Assembly: GCA_051294375.1 (NCBI GenBank)
Contig: JBJCIZ010000239.1
Location: 6,219,074-6,283,073 of the forward strand
DNA: 64,000 bases
DNA from: Paraspadella gotoi
Taxonomy: Eukaryota; Animalia; Chaetognatha
Reading direction: 5' to 3'
Shown here: positions 11,791-26,976 of the stretch, piece by piece
Position numbering within the stretch: position 1 is the first letter of the stretch
Layout: the number at the start of each line of letters is the position of its first letter
Position numbers and translations under genes: made by a program
The notes under the pieces: model-generated
Told to the model about the DNA's origin: nothing
What the model saw: only the letters and a program-made list of their open reading frames with translations
Database searches by the model: none

Positions 11791-14700
11791 GTCTGAGTTG
11801 CGGTGGAAATTTTTTGTTCTCTTACTGTTTTCAAGAAGGAAAAGGCCTCGCCCGCCAAGAAAACAATTTGCTTCCACACATATTTCGGAGCGCTAGTATT
11901 CGCCACCGAATAAATATATTTAATACTTCTTTTTTATCATTAAATAATTATTTTAAAGGCAACGTTAAATTTCCTCGCGACAAAAAACATTTAGCCGACA
12001 GACAATTAATAACTAAATGTAAATTGGTATCCAAGCTCCATTTTAAGATGGACTCGGTTAAATGCAAATTGCGTAATCAGCCTCGTTTCGAAGAAAACAA
12101 AAGACATGTACAATTCCTTCCACTTTTCTGCTTTGAAATTTCGCATAGGTATTTGCTACTGAACTTTAGCCGTGATCACCATATTAAAACAAAACTTAAA
12201 AATATCGTAATTTGCATATAACAGCCTTGCTTATCATACTACGAAATTAAAATCAAAATTGGCGAGGGTTTAAGCTTTTCTTTCAAGTCTAACTTTCAGT
12301 TACAAAAGAATATTTTTTTTTTTTTAAAATAAAGCTGTCATATTGCTATAAATTTTAAATATTTCTATTACAATAATTTATTTTTTAAATCTCAATTTTT
12401 TTAATGTATTCTGATAGAAGCATAAAAAAGTTAAACAAAAAAAATTAATAACTTTTTAAAAAATTGCTACGTTTTCATGGGTCAAAATTAGAAAAAAACT
12501 AAAACAATTTATTGAAAGATGATGATTGATGATGATCAACATTTTTTCTTATTTATAATTCACTATGATTCGAAATCTCAAAAAAAGAAATATACTTTGT
12601 TATTAGACAAACTTTTTACTAGCTATTGAATCTAATCTATGGAGCTCAAAAATTGTAAAAAAATTGTTTTAACCTTTTGTTAACTACGAATTAAATATTT
12701 TTAAAAAATTATTACAGATGATATTTTCCATTTAAGATTTTTTTTTTTTAATTTTTTAAATTTTCGTTTTTGCGAAAGTGCTCAAAGCAAATTTTTGATC
12801 ACCTTACTGACTTAACTTATCATTTTACTGACCTCGTCCACGAATCGCCTCAACCCCTTCGCGAATCCGTTTCGGCCGCCCGCCGCGCCCGCGCCGCCTC
12901 CCGCCGCCTTCCGCCGCCCGCCAGGGACGCTCGCGGCAAGACAGCCTTCCTCGTCCACCGACGCAGAGAGTCGATGTGGAGACGAAGATAAATTTTGGGA
13001 TCTAAGGAAAGTAGATTTTTTCTGTTGATGTTGTTTGTTGTTGTTATTTTATGTTGTGTTGCGGTTTGTTGTTTTGATTTATAATAAAAAACAAACGGAT
13101 TAAAACTTCCTTTTTACTTGCACTCGAGTTCTCCGTCGCCATCGTCTCCGAGACCGCCGACCGGAAGCGGCGGCGGCGTCGTCGGTCGTCGTCGCCGCCG
13201 TTGTCGTCGTCGTCGTCGTCGTCCCGGGACGACCGACGGGCGTCGACAAGAAGACCTCGGCCTGCGGAGGAAATGGCCGACGAAGCCGCCGAAAAAACGC
13301 CGATGCAGCGAGTCGAGATGGCGGAGGGAAGTAGGGGTTGGTCGTCCGTTCGTTCGGCGCGTCGTCGCGGCGTCGTCTGTCGTTCGTCGGCGTTGCGTCG
13401 TCGGCGAGAGGATTTTCGTTTTCTGGCTAAACCGAAAGAAATAAGGGAAGGCCGTGGGGGGAGGAATTCGCGTCCCAGCTCGATACAGATACGTCGTTCA
13501 TCATCATCATCCCCCCGTCATTATCATCATCATTTAATTAAATTAATAGTTTTTTTTATTATTTCATTGTCAAATAATTTAAAGTTTTAATATTTGTAAC
13601 AATTTCCTTTCTAACATTTTCAAGCGTAATTCAGAACCGATAAAAAAATACGTGGTAATGGGCAACCTTAAAATTTTTTTCTGTTTATTTGTCACTAACT
13701 TAATAAACACATTATCAATATCTATACCGGACTTCTCTGAAGTTCGCTAAAACCAGTTCCTCCTATAATCCCGATCCCAAAATCCCCGATCCTCAAATCC
13801 CCGATCCCAAATTCCGATCCCCCACTCACCTTCGGCAGCGTCTGAGTTTCCACTCCTTCACGTCTTTATTCCTCCTTTTCTGATCGGCCGCCTTTCCTTC
13901 CACGCGACCGGCGACTTTCGACGGCGCAGCGACGGCGTCGCTTCTCCGTGTCGGCGTCTTTTTGTCCGGCGTCATGTCGGCGTCGTTTTAGTCGTCGGCG
14001 CCCGTCATACGGCGACGAAGGCTGATTTGACGCAACGCGTAGGGGTCTCGGCTCCGAGGATAGTTTGGGTCTGATTTGATTTTGATTTGATTTTGATTTT
14101 GATTTTGATCTTTGTTTTGTTTATTTCTATTGGTTCATACATTCATTCATTCATTCAATTCATTCATTCATTGCATTCATTCATTCACATTCATTGAAAC
14201 CGCATAGCTTTCGATTGACTAAATTAATCAAATGATTGATTATTGAATTAATCTATTGAATTCGATCGATCCGACTGACTGACTCGATCCACTGTTCCTC
14301 ACCTCGTTTTCCTCTTCTTCTCTCTCCCCATCTCCTCACTCCCTCCTCCTCCTCTCTTCCTCTTCCCCTCCTTCTCGCTCCAGAATTCTCCGTCTTTCTC
14401 CTCCTTCTCTCCTCGTTGAGGACTCTTCAGAGGTTTTACAGTGGTAGGAAAACTTTTTCGTTTTTGTTTTGTTTTGGGCGGGCCGTATTTTTCCAAAGCG
14501 CTCCGTTTAGGATTAATTTTAAGTTGTGGAGATTAGTATTAGGGATGAGGGTAGGGATTAAGATTTAGGGAGTTATCGAGATGAGTGAGATCAAGGTTAG
14601 AGATTAAGCGTTAGAGATTTTATAAGGGATTAGAGTTAGGGATTTATGTTGAGGAATAGAGTAGTGATTGAGGATTAAGCGTCAAGATTACAGTTTGGAA

Positions 14701-15081
14701 TTAGGTTTAGGGTTAAAGATTGGCGTTACAGATTTTAGTTAGGGATTAGGATTTAGGTTACAGAAATTGAGCGGTTTTGAAAAAACTGCGCCGAACCTTT
14801 TCCCGCGGGAAAACATCCGACGTTGACGGAGTTAAAAAACAGAAAATTCAAAACAAAATAACGAGGAAAACAAAAACAAAACAATTGAAAAAAAAACTAA
14901 AAATCTAAAATATTTTTTTTGATGATTTTTGCTTTTCGAAATTTTCTTTCTTCTCGCTTGACGACTCTGAAAGACGTATAAACGATAAAATCGATATTAT
15001 TTATAAAAAGAAATAGTAGTAAAGTAGTAAACTTAATTCGATAGCAATGCGAATGGATTAGATTAGATGTAGATTTAGCGA

Positions 15082-15130
<49 letters not shown>

Positions 15131-18100
15131 TAGAGAGAGCAAAACAAGATACTGTATATTTTAACATTGTCATGAAACTTATTCTAAACTGAATGTCTGA
15201 AATTCCTATTGTGTCAACACATAGTTTTTTATTAATGTAAAATAATATTAACAAATCATATCATTAGTAATATAACTATAATCAATATTATCATTATCAT
15301 TATTGGTTATTGATTATTATTTTTATCTTTTCTCTACTTTTGCCCTTTTTCCTTAATGCCTCTATTGCCAGTTTTTTCACGACTTTTGTTTATCAGCTGC
15401 GAATTAGTTCCCTTCAATTCCCGACAGAGGCCGCGGCGCTCTCCGCCCAGGGGCTGGCACGATGTTCTCTTGTTCGATGTCACCAAACAACCGGTTTGCA
15501 ACAACAACGACGACTCCACGGCCTTTAATTTTCGCGCGGCTTCCTCACGAGAGNNNNNNNNNNNNNNNNNNNNNNNNNCTGGGCCGCTGCTCTCGGCTGC
15601 CGCGTTGCGGTTCCTCTGGATTCGATGCCCAAAACATCCATTGTTCAAATTTTGCAATCGACTTACAACAATCTACAAAAATCGATTATTGCTATTCGAA
15701 GGCAGATGGAGTTCCTCGAAAAATTTAAAACAAATATTGTAAATATGAAGAGAAAAAAACGACAAAAATAAACATTCACCCCAGGCTGGACTGGGGCCCA
15801 GCTCGGAGATTCTAAACGCCTTTTGCGTTCGGCACGGCCACAGCGCGATCCGTCTCTTGTCTCTCTCTTCCGTTCACCATCCACTGACGAATTTTTGACA
15901 CATCAAAATATCATTGCACTTTATCCCAGTCCAACATAAAGACTATCTATTTCAGTACGCGCAATTCCGAGTCAGGATCGTCTTTCTACGAGTCATTACT
16001 ACACTCCCGCCGCCACCTACGTAAAATATTCCACCTTTGGCGAGCGAAACGCGCCGGCGAGAGAGAAATCTACTTTCGCCAACCGAGGAATCGCGACTTG
16101 GGTGAGGCACTCAGCACCTTGGCCGTCTGGGTTCGACATGTCGAACATTCGAACATAGATGACTTGAGGCTAGGATTACGTCCGCCACGAGCTTATTCGT
16201 ATTCACTTTGATACTCTGTACGCAGCAAGAGGGTTCGCCACGCACCAGCTGCGATTCCGCTCACTCTGACCTGTTCTCTCCTCTGCGATCGTCACGGACT
16301 CTGTCTCACTCTCGCCAGCCAGAGAGTCACTCCTCGCATCTCTTATCTCGACCGATGCGTTTAAACAAAGCTTTAAGTTCATAAGACTCGCTGTTCATAA
16401 TTAAGACGGCGTTCAACTTCGCGTACCCTGCTCCTCGGGGCTGACGATTTTACGAGTACGCGGTCCTCGGCCTCGCGACTGGCTTCGCGCCTCAGTCGCA
16501 CGTCTTCGGCTCTATGTCTCGGCTGTCGTTTTGCGCGCAGCTCTGTCGTGACGTATAACCGTCGTCGGCGATTCCAAGCCGGCGCTCCAACACCTCGTCG
16601 CTGTCGTTTAATTTTTCCATATTTGGCCAAGAACTCGGCGCCGATCTCGGGCGCCCGGTTCGCTTAATTTCGCGCAGTAAGTAGGGCGCGTGACTTGGCG
16701 CTAAGACTTCGCTTCGTCGACTTTGGATCCAGCTTGGGCGGGTCTCGTTGTCGAGGGAACTGGAAGGGAAATCTCGGACGGCCGACCATGCAGGTCGTTT
16801 GTTCGCAGGCAAACCTGAAAGAGTTGTTGTTATTGTTGATAATGTTGTGTTGCTGATTGTCGTTGTTGTGCGTCTTCAAGGTATCTCATGTTTTTATTTG
16901 CCGTTTGTATTTGATAAATATAATAAATAATATAAAAATATATAAATAATAAATAAATATATAAATAATAAATAAATAATAAATAAATAAAATAAATAAA
17001 TAATAAATAAATAAATAAATAATAATATAATTATTTAATAAATAAATAAATAAATAAATAAATAAATTAATATAGGTATTAGTAAATAATGTATAAACTA
17101 ATATTTTAACTAGATAGATATTTAAAGATAGCATTAGATAGATAAGATAATAGCATACATAAAGATAGATAGATACGATAGATAAACGATATAGATAGTA
17201 ATAGTATATGATGAGATAGATAGATAGTTGATAGATAATAGATAGTTAAAAAGAAATATAGATAAAACAAAAAATCTAAAACTAGCGTACAGAGATCGCG
17301 AATATTTATTGAAACAGAAACAGAGGTCCGAATCTTTGTCGTCAGGCGAAAACGAGTAGTCGCATCGTCGTTGGAGTCACGAAGCAGGCACGGTCGAGTT
17401 GCAGTGTCGGAGTGGCCATAAGCAAGACGCTCGTTGCGGAGTCCAAGCGGGCCCTGCATTGTTGGCAATCAGTTTAACATGCTCTCGTGATCTAAAGCCA
17501 TGCTCTGGATTTATGGTCGAATATTTTAAAAGCCGTCGTGACGAAAATTGCAAAATTAAATAAAGCATTTAAGACAATGATCTGGCAAGCTTAAAGGCGC
17601 CGACGCAATGTCTCAAATGGCTAAGCAGGGCTCTGATCATATTCTGTATCCACACGTGACCGTCTCGCGGTTCTTACATTCCTTTGACATCGTTTAAATA
17701 TCTTGAATGTAAGTGGAACAGGAAGTACGGTCACAATATACATAAGGAGTGCGTCTTTTCATAACAATTGGAAACATATCCTTTGAAATATTATACCAAC
17801 TTCATTGATAGGGGCAAGACCAGGTTCATGGAGTGCATAAATGAAGACACATGAAAGAGTCTTGATTGAAAGCTTGCAGAAACTGCTATGTTTATTATGA
17901 TCTTGTAAGTTGTGACTGGAGGCCTTAAACCACAAAGCCTGACAAACAGGGACAAGATATGCTTTTTATTAAATTAATGGATAATTTTTATAATTGGTTG
18001 TACCAATTTCATAGTCTATATAGTCTATAAGGGTATAAAACAAAGGAAGCAGTCCGCAACTTGATAGACGCGCGTTTTGCCCTCGGTCGAAGGAAAGGAA

Positions 18101-20784
18101 AATTTTTGGGTTTGAAGAAATCCCAATCTCGTATGGACCAAAAACCACGAATTCATCCGATGATAAAATTCTTAGGTTCGAATGGGAAAGAAGCGAAAAT
18201 ATTTGGAGGAAAAGCGGATTCGCCCCAGGAGACGGAAAAAGGCGGATCGCCTAAGCAGAAAAAAAAAAGCGACATTTGTCAATTATAGTGTAAAAGCCTA
18301 AAAGGTGAAGCTAAAAACAACAAAAACGGATATTGCAATGATAGTTGCGCCGCTGGACAACAGCGTGAAAAGTTCACACGAGTTGTCGCTTAGATATTAA
18401 GTTAACAAAAGAGCAAAAAATAAAGCAGGGTGACATTTGTGGGTCACCTGATTAAATTTTTAGGGCGATCACGATGACTTTACTAGTATGTAATTAGAAT
18501 GGCAATTTACAAGCGGTCATTATTGGTTCCTTACCTTCCACAAAATAATCGAGAAACCTAATTGATAAAGTAGTTACCGAGCATTTTAATGTAAGTGGAA
18601 TAAGACAACGGATAAACATACCGCACCGACGACCGAGAAAGGTGACTAAAGGAGTTGCTCCGCGAGTATACGAAAACGCATCTAAAAAACAGTCTCACAA
18701 TCATACTCCGGAAAAGCGGATCTTGCCAAAAAGTTGTGAAGAAGGGACTCCACAAACCAGAAAGACGCGACAAACATCTCTACGGGCGGTTGGGGCGATT
18801 TCTTGGGGAAGGGAAAATGAGTATGAAGGTTAGTTTTTACCGAAGATGGACGGCACACTAACGCATCATTCATTTTTATATTATACCTAAGAAATTTGTA
18901 AACTATAATAAAAATTTTCAATTCATTCAATGAATAAGTACGCTTGCATCCCTGTCCTGACTTAGAACCAACGATGACTCGGATGAGAATGATGAACACA
19001 ACAAAAATCGTTATTTTACTTGAAATTTAAAAAAAAAAAAAAAATTTACACACTTCTGGCGATACGCCTTGTCAAGTCCTGGCGAGCCTTTCCGTTTTCC
19101 GCCGCCGTCTTCGATGGCAGCGTCTTTCCGGATTCACTAAGGCTCTGGAACTTAATTCGGCGGAGCAATCGCGGCAAGACGGGCAGGAGATGGTTAGCGC
19201 GAGCGAGCGCCGTGGGTGCGAGACGGAGAAGGAAGAAGGAGAAGGCGGCGAGCGGGGGAGGCGGCGGAATCGCATAGATGCCTTCCACGGGCATCGCTCT
19301 CCAATTATGCAGCAGCGCGCCGCAATGCAAGCGCTTTGTCCTATAGAGACGCAGCGCCGCGCGAATTTTCGCCTCTTCCGCGAATAGCGGACAGCCATCG
19401 CGGAGTGGGCGCCGCTGCATTTGGGCGCTTTCCCTCGTCAAACAGGGCTCCTTCAATGCACCATCTTTTTTCTTTCGCATTTTGATCATCGTGCGAACAC
19501 TTGGAGGCTTACTTCTTTACTCAGGACGGGGCTTCAATTTTTTTCCAGTTTCAACTTTTAAGGGGTATTCTGGAGGCTAGCCTCTTTTACATTTGATGCG
19601 CCGTTCAGTGCGCTCTAATGTGGGATTTCCTAACTTAAGCTGAGTGCCCTAGCCGCCGCGCGAGCGCGGCTCGCATGTCGCCGCTTCGTCATGCAGCGCA
19701 TTCGAGGTGCCGGCACGTGGCTGGGCGCTTTTGCCTACGACGGCTTGTAGGAACAGAAGCAGTAGAGCGTGGACCTTAGGTCGTGAGGAAGCCTCGTATT
19801 TCACGCCTTTTAGGGATGGATCGACAGTGCGTAACGATCCGCCTGGTTTTAAGAATCACCAGTGAATTGGTTCTCTATGATTGAAACATATTAATTTGGG
19901 TTATCCACATAATTAAAATTAGGCGCAAGTATTTTTTACTTTAAACCTGCATTAATGATATCTCACTATTCCTCACCTGTATTCAACGCGTTATCCCTGC
20001 GGGGGGGAGAGCCGGGGGCTTAAAGAACTTTAGTCAAGCACTCTCAACTTTTGAACTAGTGTTTACAAATAGAAAAATCCTATTAGCTTAATCATGGATT
20101 TTTTCAATCTATATTATATACTTTTCTTATTGGTGTTTTGTGTCTTAAACTGATCAGATATATTCTATCTATTTTATATGTTTACTTTACTTAGATTTTC
20201 CATCTTTATAATTCTCGTAAATGTCCTCTCTCCAGATCTTCCTACTCTACAATCACTAATGAGCAGGGAGGAGACGATTAGCTTATTGAGTTCTGAGACC
20301 GTCAGGCCTGTTCACGGTACGACCCCATTTCCGGTGAGCTTAATGACGTAGAAATCTAATGACCACAATATAAATCATAGCACATCAGATCTTGCATAAT
20401 GATACCATTAAATAAACCTAAGTTAAAGTCTATCGATCGAGATACCTGCCAAAAATCGCCATCAGGAGGATACAATCGGATCAATGCTCGAGTAATCACG
20501 AAGAATCTGTGCCTCGCGAAACCCTGATCTGGTCCATGAGAATCTGGAACTTCTTACTTACAAGTTCCTGAGGACGCTGCAGTCGGGTGTCTAGTTTCGA
20601 GTCGATAATAAGATAGTTGCTATAATGTCATAAGGCATACAGAATAACTCCAGAAAAAATAAAATTTAGAACTTAACCATTCTACATAAATAGGAGATCG
20701 CGATTCACAATAGTGCGGCTCGTGACTTAGAAAGTAATCCGCTATAGCGTCGATACTTACATTCGATTAAATTTTTAATCACAG

Positions 20785-21000
20785 AGCGGGTAGAAGTGCC
20801 AACCGGAGGTACTGCAATGACGGTGACCGGTGCGAATGGCCGTGATCCTAGCCAGATGATGCTGCTTTTGTTCCGGATAGTCGTCAATCATAATTCAGTG
20901 TTAATATAGTCTGGGCCCGCCAGTGCGACTCGTTAGATCGGAACAGGAGGATAAATGAACGATATAACGATCTGTAGACAATAAGGACGAGTAGAAATGT
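20785..21000 (-). ncRNA. U2: U2 snRNA, very degraded duplicate (raw-read quality)
   Basis: Recognisable fragments (ccggaggtactgcaat, ctgggcccgc) at the syntenic position within the third repeat copy. Confidence 0.35.
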
Positions 21001-24000
21001 ACCGAGCGGTGGCGGTGCTAGCTAAGATAATATTCTTGTATCTTTGATGTTTTCAAGAAGTGAAAAGCCTCTGCCTCGCACCAAGAAACATTTGCTTCGG
21101 CACACATATTCCATCGGAGAACGCCTGTGGCGATTCGCGCACCCGTAAATATCCTTTACCTTTCTTATCCCGATTAAATAATTTACTTTTCCAGCAGGCA
21201 GACGTTAAATTTGCAGGCTCGCGACTAAAGATAACTACTTTAGCAGAGCGCGAGAGCGATTATTGGAAATGTCTCTACAGTCAAATGAGTGCAAAATTGC
21301 GTGTCCAGCTCCTATCGCGTATATAAGCATCGGGACCGAGTTAAATGCAATATTGCAACAGATACCTCGTTTCTAACAGTTTAATAATCGAAGAAGAGTC
21401 GTGCTACAGATTCCTTCACTTTCTCGACTTAGAAAGACGTTAACGCATGAGACCGTGAATTAAACTAGCTACTTGAACTTTCAAGCGTTGATCACATATT
21501 AAAGTGACAAACGGGCGTAAATATCGAAATTGCAAAACAGCGCTTCGCTTATCTACTACGAAATGGAAAATAGAACCATAATGTGTCAAAATTTAACTTT
21601 ATTTCGTTCTATACTTTAGTCTCATTTGAGAGAATATTTTTTTATATGTGGGTAAAATTATGCTGAAGTCATGACTCTAGTAATTGTATTCAATTGGATT
21701 AAAACTTCAATATACATATATAGTTTCTAACAGCCTGTTACATAAATATACTATTTCATTAAATCAATTTAATGTGGATTCTGATAAAGTTATAAGAGTC
21801 AAAATTAATAACTTTTTGAAGCTAATAAGTTGTATTTTCAATGAGTTGTCAAACTTATATAAAAAATCTAACAATTATTTTGATAATGTGATGATTGATA
21901 ATGATACATACAAAATTTATTTATGCTTTATTTATGACCATTCATTACACATTCGAAGATATCTAATCTTTCAATTAAGCCATCGAAAATATTCTGTTAA
22001 TACTAAAGCAAACATCCAAGTTATAAACTGTTTGCAACATCTTAATCGTCATAGCTCAAAAATGTAAGAAAAACTAAAAATGTTAACTTTCGCTTAACAA
22101 AGAGTATTAATTGTGTTTAAAAACCTGTATCTACGCCATGATATAATTTCCTTATTGTCAAGGATCCGCTCCCTTACATTACTCTAAGGTTATTAACTTT
22201 GTATAGGTGAAATTTTCGTTTTGTTCTGAAGACGTAGTCTTGGCTAAAAGCAAATTGTAAAAAATTGTAGCCTTACTTGACTGTAACTGAAGATATTTAA
22301 TAATTTTACTTAGACTGTTCTTTCACGAATCTAGCTTTAACGTTTTTTCTGTCGAATCTTTCGGCCGCCGAAAATATGCTCTGCGCTTCTCTGTCTGGCT
22401 CTTATCACTTCAAAAATGCCGGTTTATCTTCCTTTTCAATTGATTTCATCTTGGAGAGCATCGACCTCGACGTCTATGGGATAAACCATATCGCCATCAG
22501 CGATTGGGTGACAAGAGTCAGCCGTCCGCCCTTCGCCTCGGCCGTCCGCACCCCACCGATCCGCAGAACGAAGCTTCCTCGTCACCCGGATTGCATTAAG
22601 AAAGATCGAGAGATGGAATTATCAATTTGGGATCTCTAAGCTAAAAGTAGATTTTTTATCTGTTGTGTTGTATGTTGTCCTGTTGTATTTATTTTATGTT
22701 AGTTAGTTGCGTGTTGTTATTGATTTATAATAAACAAACGGATTAAACTTCCTTTTTACTTGTCACTCGAAGTTCTCCAGTCGCCTATCGTCTCCAGGAC
22801 CGCACGACCGTGAAGCCAGCGCGGCAGGCAACGATCGTACGTCTGTCGTCGGCACTTGTCGATCGTCGTCGTCTGTCGTTCGCCGGAACGTACCGACGGG
22901 CGCCTGAACAGAAGACCGTGTCGGCTCTGCGGAAGGAAAGTGGCCCGACGAAGCCTGCGACACATAAATCGCCGATGCGAGCGCAGTCGAGATGGCGGAG
23001 GGAGCTAGGGGTGGTGCGTCGTTCAGTGTACGGGCGCGGATCGTGCGCGATCGACAGTCGTCGTCGTTGCTGTGGGAGTAAGATCTTCTGTTCGTTCTGG
23101 TAAACGAAGAAATAAGGGAAGGCCGTGGGGGGGGAGCGAATTACGTCCCAAAGCTCAGAATACAGATACGTCGTTCATCATCATCACGTCATTATCATCA
23201 TACATTAATTAAAATTAATAGTTTTTTTTATTTTTCATTGCTCAATAATTAAAGTATTAATAATTCTGTAACAATATACCTTCTAACATTTCAAGAGGCG
23301 TAATTCAGAACCGATAAAAAAATACGTGGTAATTGCAACCTTAAACATTTTTTTGTTATTTTCACTAACTTTAATAAACACATTATCAATATCTATACCG
23401 GCTTCTCTGAAGTTCGTAAAACCAGTTCCCCTATAATCCCGATCCCAAACCATCCCCGATCCTCAAATCCCGATCCCCAAATTCCGATCCCCCACTCACC
23501 TCGGCAGCGTCTGAGTTTTCCACATCCTTCACGTCTTTATTCCTCCTTTCTGAATCGAGCCGCCTTTCCTTCGCACGCGACAGCGACTTCGGACGGCGCA
23601 GCGACCGGCGTCGATTCTCCGGTCGGCGTACATTTTTGTCCGCGTCATGTCGGCGTCGCTTTAGTCGTGGCGCCGCGTCATAGGCGACGAAGGTGATTTG
23701 ACCGAACGTCGTAGGTCTCGGCTCCGAAGGATAGTTTTGGGCGTCTTTGATTGGATTTTGATTGTTGATTTGATTTTGATTTTGATTTTGATATTTGATT
23801 TTGATATTATTTCTATTGGTTCATTAAACACTTCATATCATATCTATTCATTATTCATTCATTCATTGCATATCCATCTCATTCATTACCATTCATTGAT
23901 TATACCGATAGTTTCGATTTTTGACTAATTATCAAATGATTGATTGATTGATATTAATGCATATTGAATTCGATCGATCCGACTGGACTGACTCGACGAC

Positions 24001-24811
24001 TGTTCCTCACCTCGATTTTCCTCTTCTTCTCTCTCCCCATCTCCTCACTCCCTCCTCCTCTCTCTTCCTCTTCCCCTCCTTCTCGCTCCAGAATTCTCCG
24101 ATCTCTTTCTCCTCCTTCTCCTCCTCGTTGAGACTCTTCAGGGTTTCAGTGGAAGGAAAACTTTTTCGTTTTTCGTTTTCTGTTTTGGGGGTGGCACGTA
24201 TTTCCAAAAGCGCTCCGTTTTAGGATTAATTTTAGTTGTGGAGCATAGTATTAGGGATTGAGGGTAGGGATTAAGATTAGGGAGTTTACGAATGAGTTAG
24301 AGATCAAGGTTAGAGATTAAGCAGTTAGAGATTTTTAGGGATTAGAGTTAGGGATTTATGTTGAGGAATTAGAGTTAGTGATTTAGGATTAAAGGTCAGA
24401 GATTACAGTTTGAGAATTAGGTTTAGGGTTAAAGATTGGCGTTACAGATTTTAGTTAGGGATTAGGAATTAAGGTTACAGAAATTGAGCGGTTTTGAAAA
24501 ACTGCGCCGAAACCTTTTCCGCGGGAAAACATCGACGTTGACGGAGTTAAAACGAAAATTCAAAACAAAATAAGAGGAAAACAAAAACAAAACAATTGAA
24601 AAAAATAACTAAAAATCTAAAGATAATTTTTTTGATGATTTTTTGCTTTCGAACATTTTCTTCTTTCTCGCTTGACGACTCATGAAGACGTATAAACGAT
24701 AAAATCGATATTATTATAAAAAGAAAGTAGTAGTAAGTAGTAAACTTAATTCTGATAGCAAATGTCGAATAGGATTAGATTAGATGTAGATTTAGAGAGA
24801 GAGAGAGGAAG

Positions 24812-24846
<35 letters not shown>

Positions 24847-25297
24847 TAGAGAGAGCAAAACAAGATACTGTATATTTTAACATTGTCATGAAACTTATTC
24901 TAAACTGAATGTCTGAAATTCCTATTGTTGTCAAACACAATAGTTTTTTATTAATGTAAAATAATATTAACAAATCATATTCATTGAGTAATATAACTAT
25001 AATCAATATTATCATTTATCATTATTGGTTATTTGATTATTATTTTTATTCTTTTCTCTACTTTTGCCATTTTTCCTTAATCCTCTATTGCCAATTTTTT
25101 CACGACTTTTGTTTATCAGCTGCGAATTAGTTCATTAATTACGACAGAGGCACGCGGCGCTCTCCGCCAGGGGCTGGCAACGATGTTCTCTTGTTTCGAT
25201 GTCACCAAACAACCGGTTTCAACAACAACGACGACTCCACGCCTTTAATTTTCGCGCGGCTTCCCTCCGAGAGCAAGCCGATCCCGCGCTGCGAAGC

Positions 25298-25336
<39 letters not shown>

Positions 25337-26496
25337 GAGAGACTAGAGAGAGATGAGAGAGAAGAGAGAGAGAGAGAGAGATTCTTGGATTTGCGAATTC
25401 GTCATCTTTTATCCGGATTTTTGACGGCGGATTTTTCGGATTTAACGTTACACAACTCTCCACATCGGTCGACATGAGTTGACATTGGGGCATCAGGTCG
25501 ACATGGGTGGAAACCGATGGAATCAGAACATGATTGGCTAATAATATCACCGTAAAATAATTTTTAATGATATACGCCAACACTATTTGAAATTTTCAAA
25601 AGTTCATCAAAAGTTGATCTTTTAGAGTTTTTTTAATTTTACTAAAACTACAAACTTGAATCAAAAAGTTCCTGTTGACGCGACTTTTACGTCTGGAAAT
25701 GAAATATCAGCATTTTATTATCACCCTGTATCAAGTCTAACTTCAATCGATGTAAAAAATAAACGGAATTTTTTCTCTTTCAATTCGTAAAAACGTTTAT
25801 ATATGTTTAATTAATATACAAAAGAAGTATTTTTGATTATGAGTTATAAATGCCACAAGCGAAATAAATTTTGCCGAATATTTCTCTCTTTTTTTCTCTC
25901 TCTCTTTTCTTCTATGAAATTGTTACTACCTGCTACCAATATAAAAAAAAATTCGTTAATTAAAAAAATAAGCAATCTTGTCCCTTACTTTGGACAGGCT
26001 ATGGTGGTTTGAAAGCAGGACCTTCAAACTTTCAATTTTATTTTACATTTAAACTTTGTTGCTATCTTCTTTCCGTTGATAATGTCATCAAATATAAGAC
26101 AATGGTTTTTTCTTGAATAGCGCCGATTTCTCAAAATTAAAAAAACTTTTCAATATCATTGTCTCATTAGGATTTATTAAGTTTTCAATATTATGAGTTT
26201 AAAATTTAAAATTTCGGAATTTTTTAAAAACATATAAATCACCATAAAAATCCCGTTAATTTCGAATATATTTTACTTTTTCTTTTTTCTCTTTCATTTC
26301 TTTCTTTTTCTTTTTATTCATTTTTTTTTCTTTTGCTGAATTGATTCTCTGCTCTAAGGTAAAGAAAAAAAAAGACATAATGGTTTATCGCAGTTTGATA
26401 CTCCGTTGATGCTTTCACTCTTTCTCTCTCTTCCTCTCTCTCTCTCTCTCNNNNNNNNNNNNNNNNNNNNNNNNNGATTCTCTCTCTCTCTCATCT

Positions 26497-26554
<58 letters not shown>

Positions 26555-26920
26555 GATGATAAAAAAATGAATCAGCAATGTCCTTTTATTCTCTTTATCA
26601 TTCCATATTCCCTAAAAATAGAATATTTTTAATATTCGAAATTTAACTTTAAAGAATTGCATAAACTTTTCTATCATTTAAAAAAAAATACGATAATGAG
26701 GTAATCTGCACATGTATGACGCGACCACTGTATTTCGTGTCCACTGAAAACCCGTAAAAACTTCGCCGCTTTCATTTGAATGAAGAGAGAAAAAAAATTT
26801 TAAAGGGAAAAGTCCGGATTTCACTGTATAGACCTTTTTTTCCTCTTTGCCCATTTCGCCCGGTGGACATTTCGCCATCTTCTCTCTCTCTCTCTCTCTC
26901 TCTCTCATCTCTCTCTTCTC

Positions 26921-26976
<56 letters not shown>

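Noticed and set aside
19900-22650. Apparently unique sequence with novel ORFs (e.g. 21684-22067)
   Set aside because: Landmarks show it is a heavily error-laden copy of ~1900-3970.
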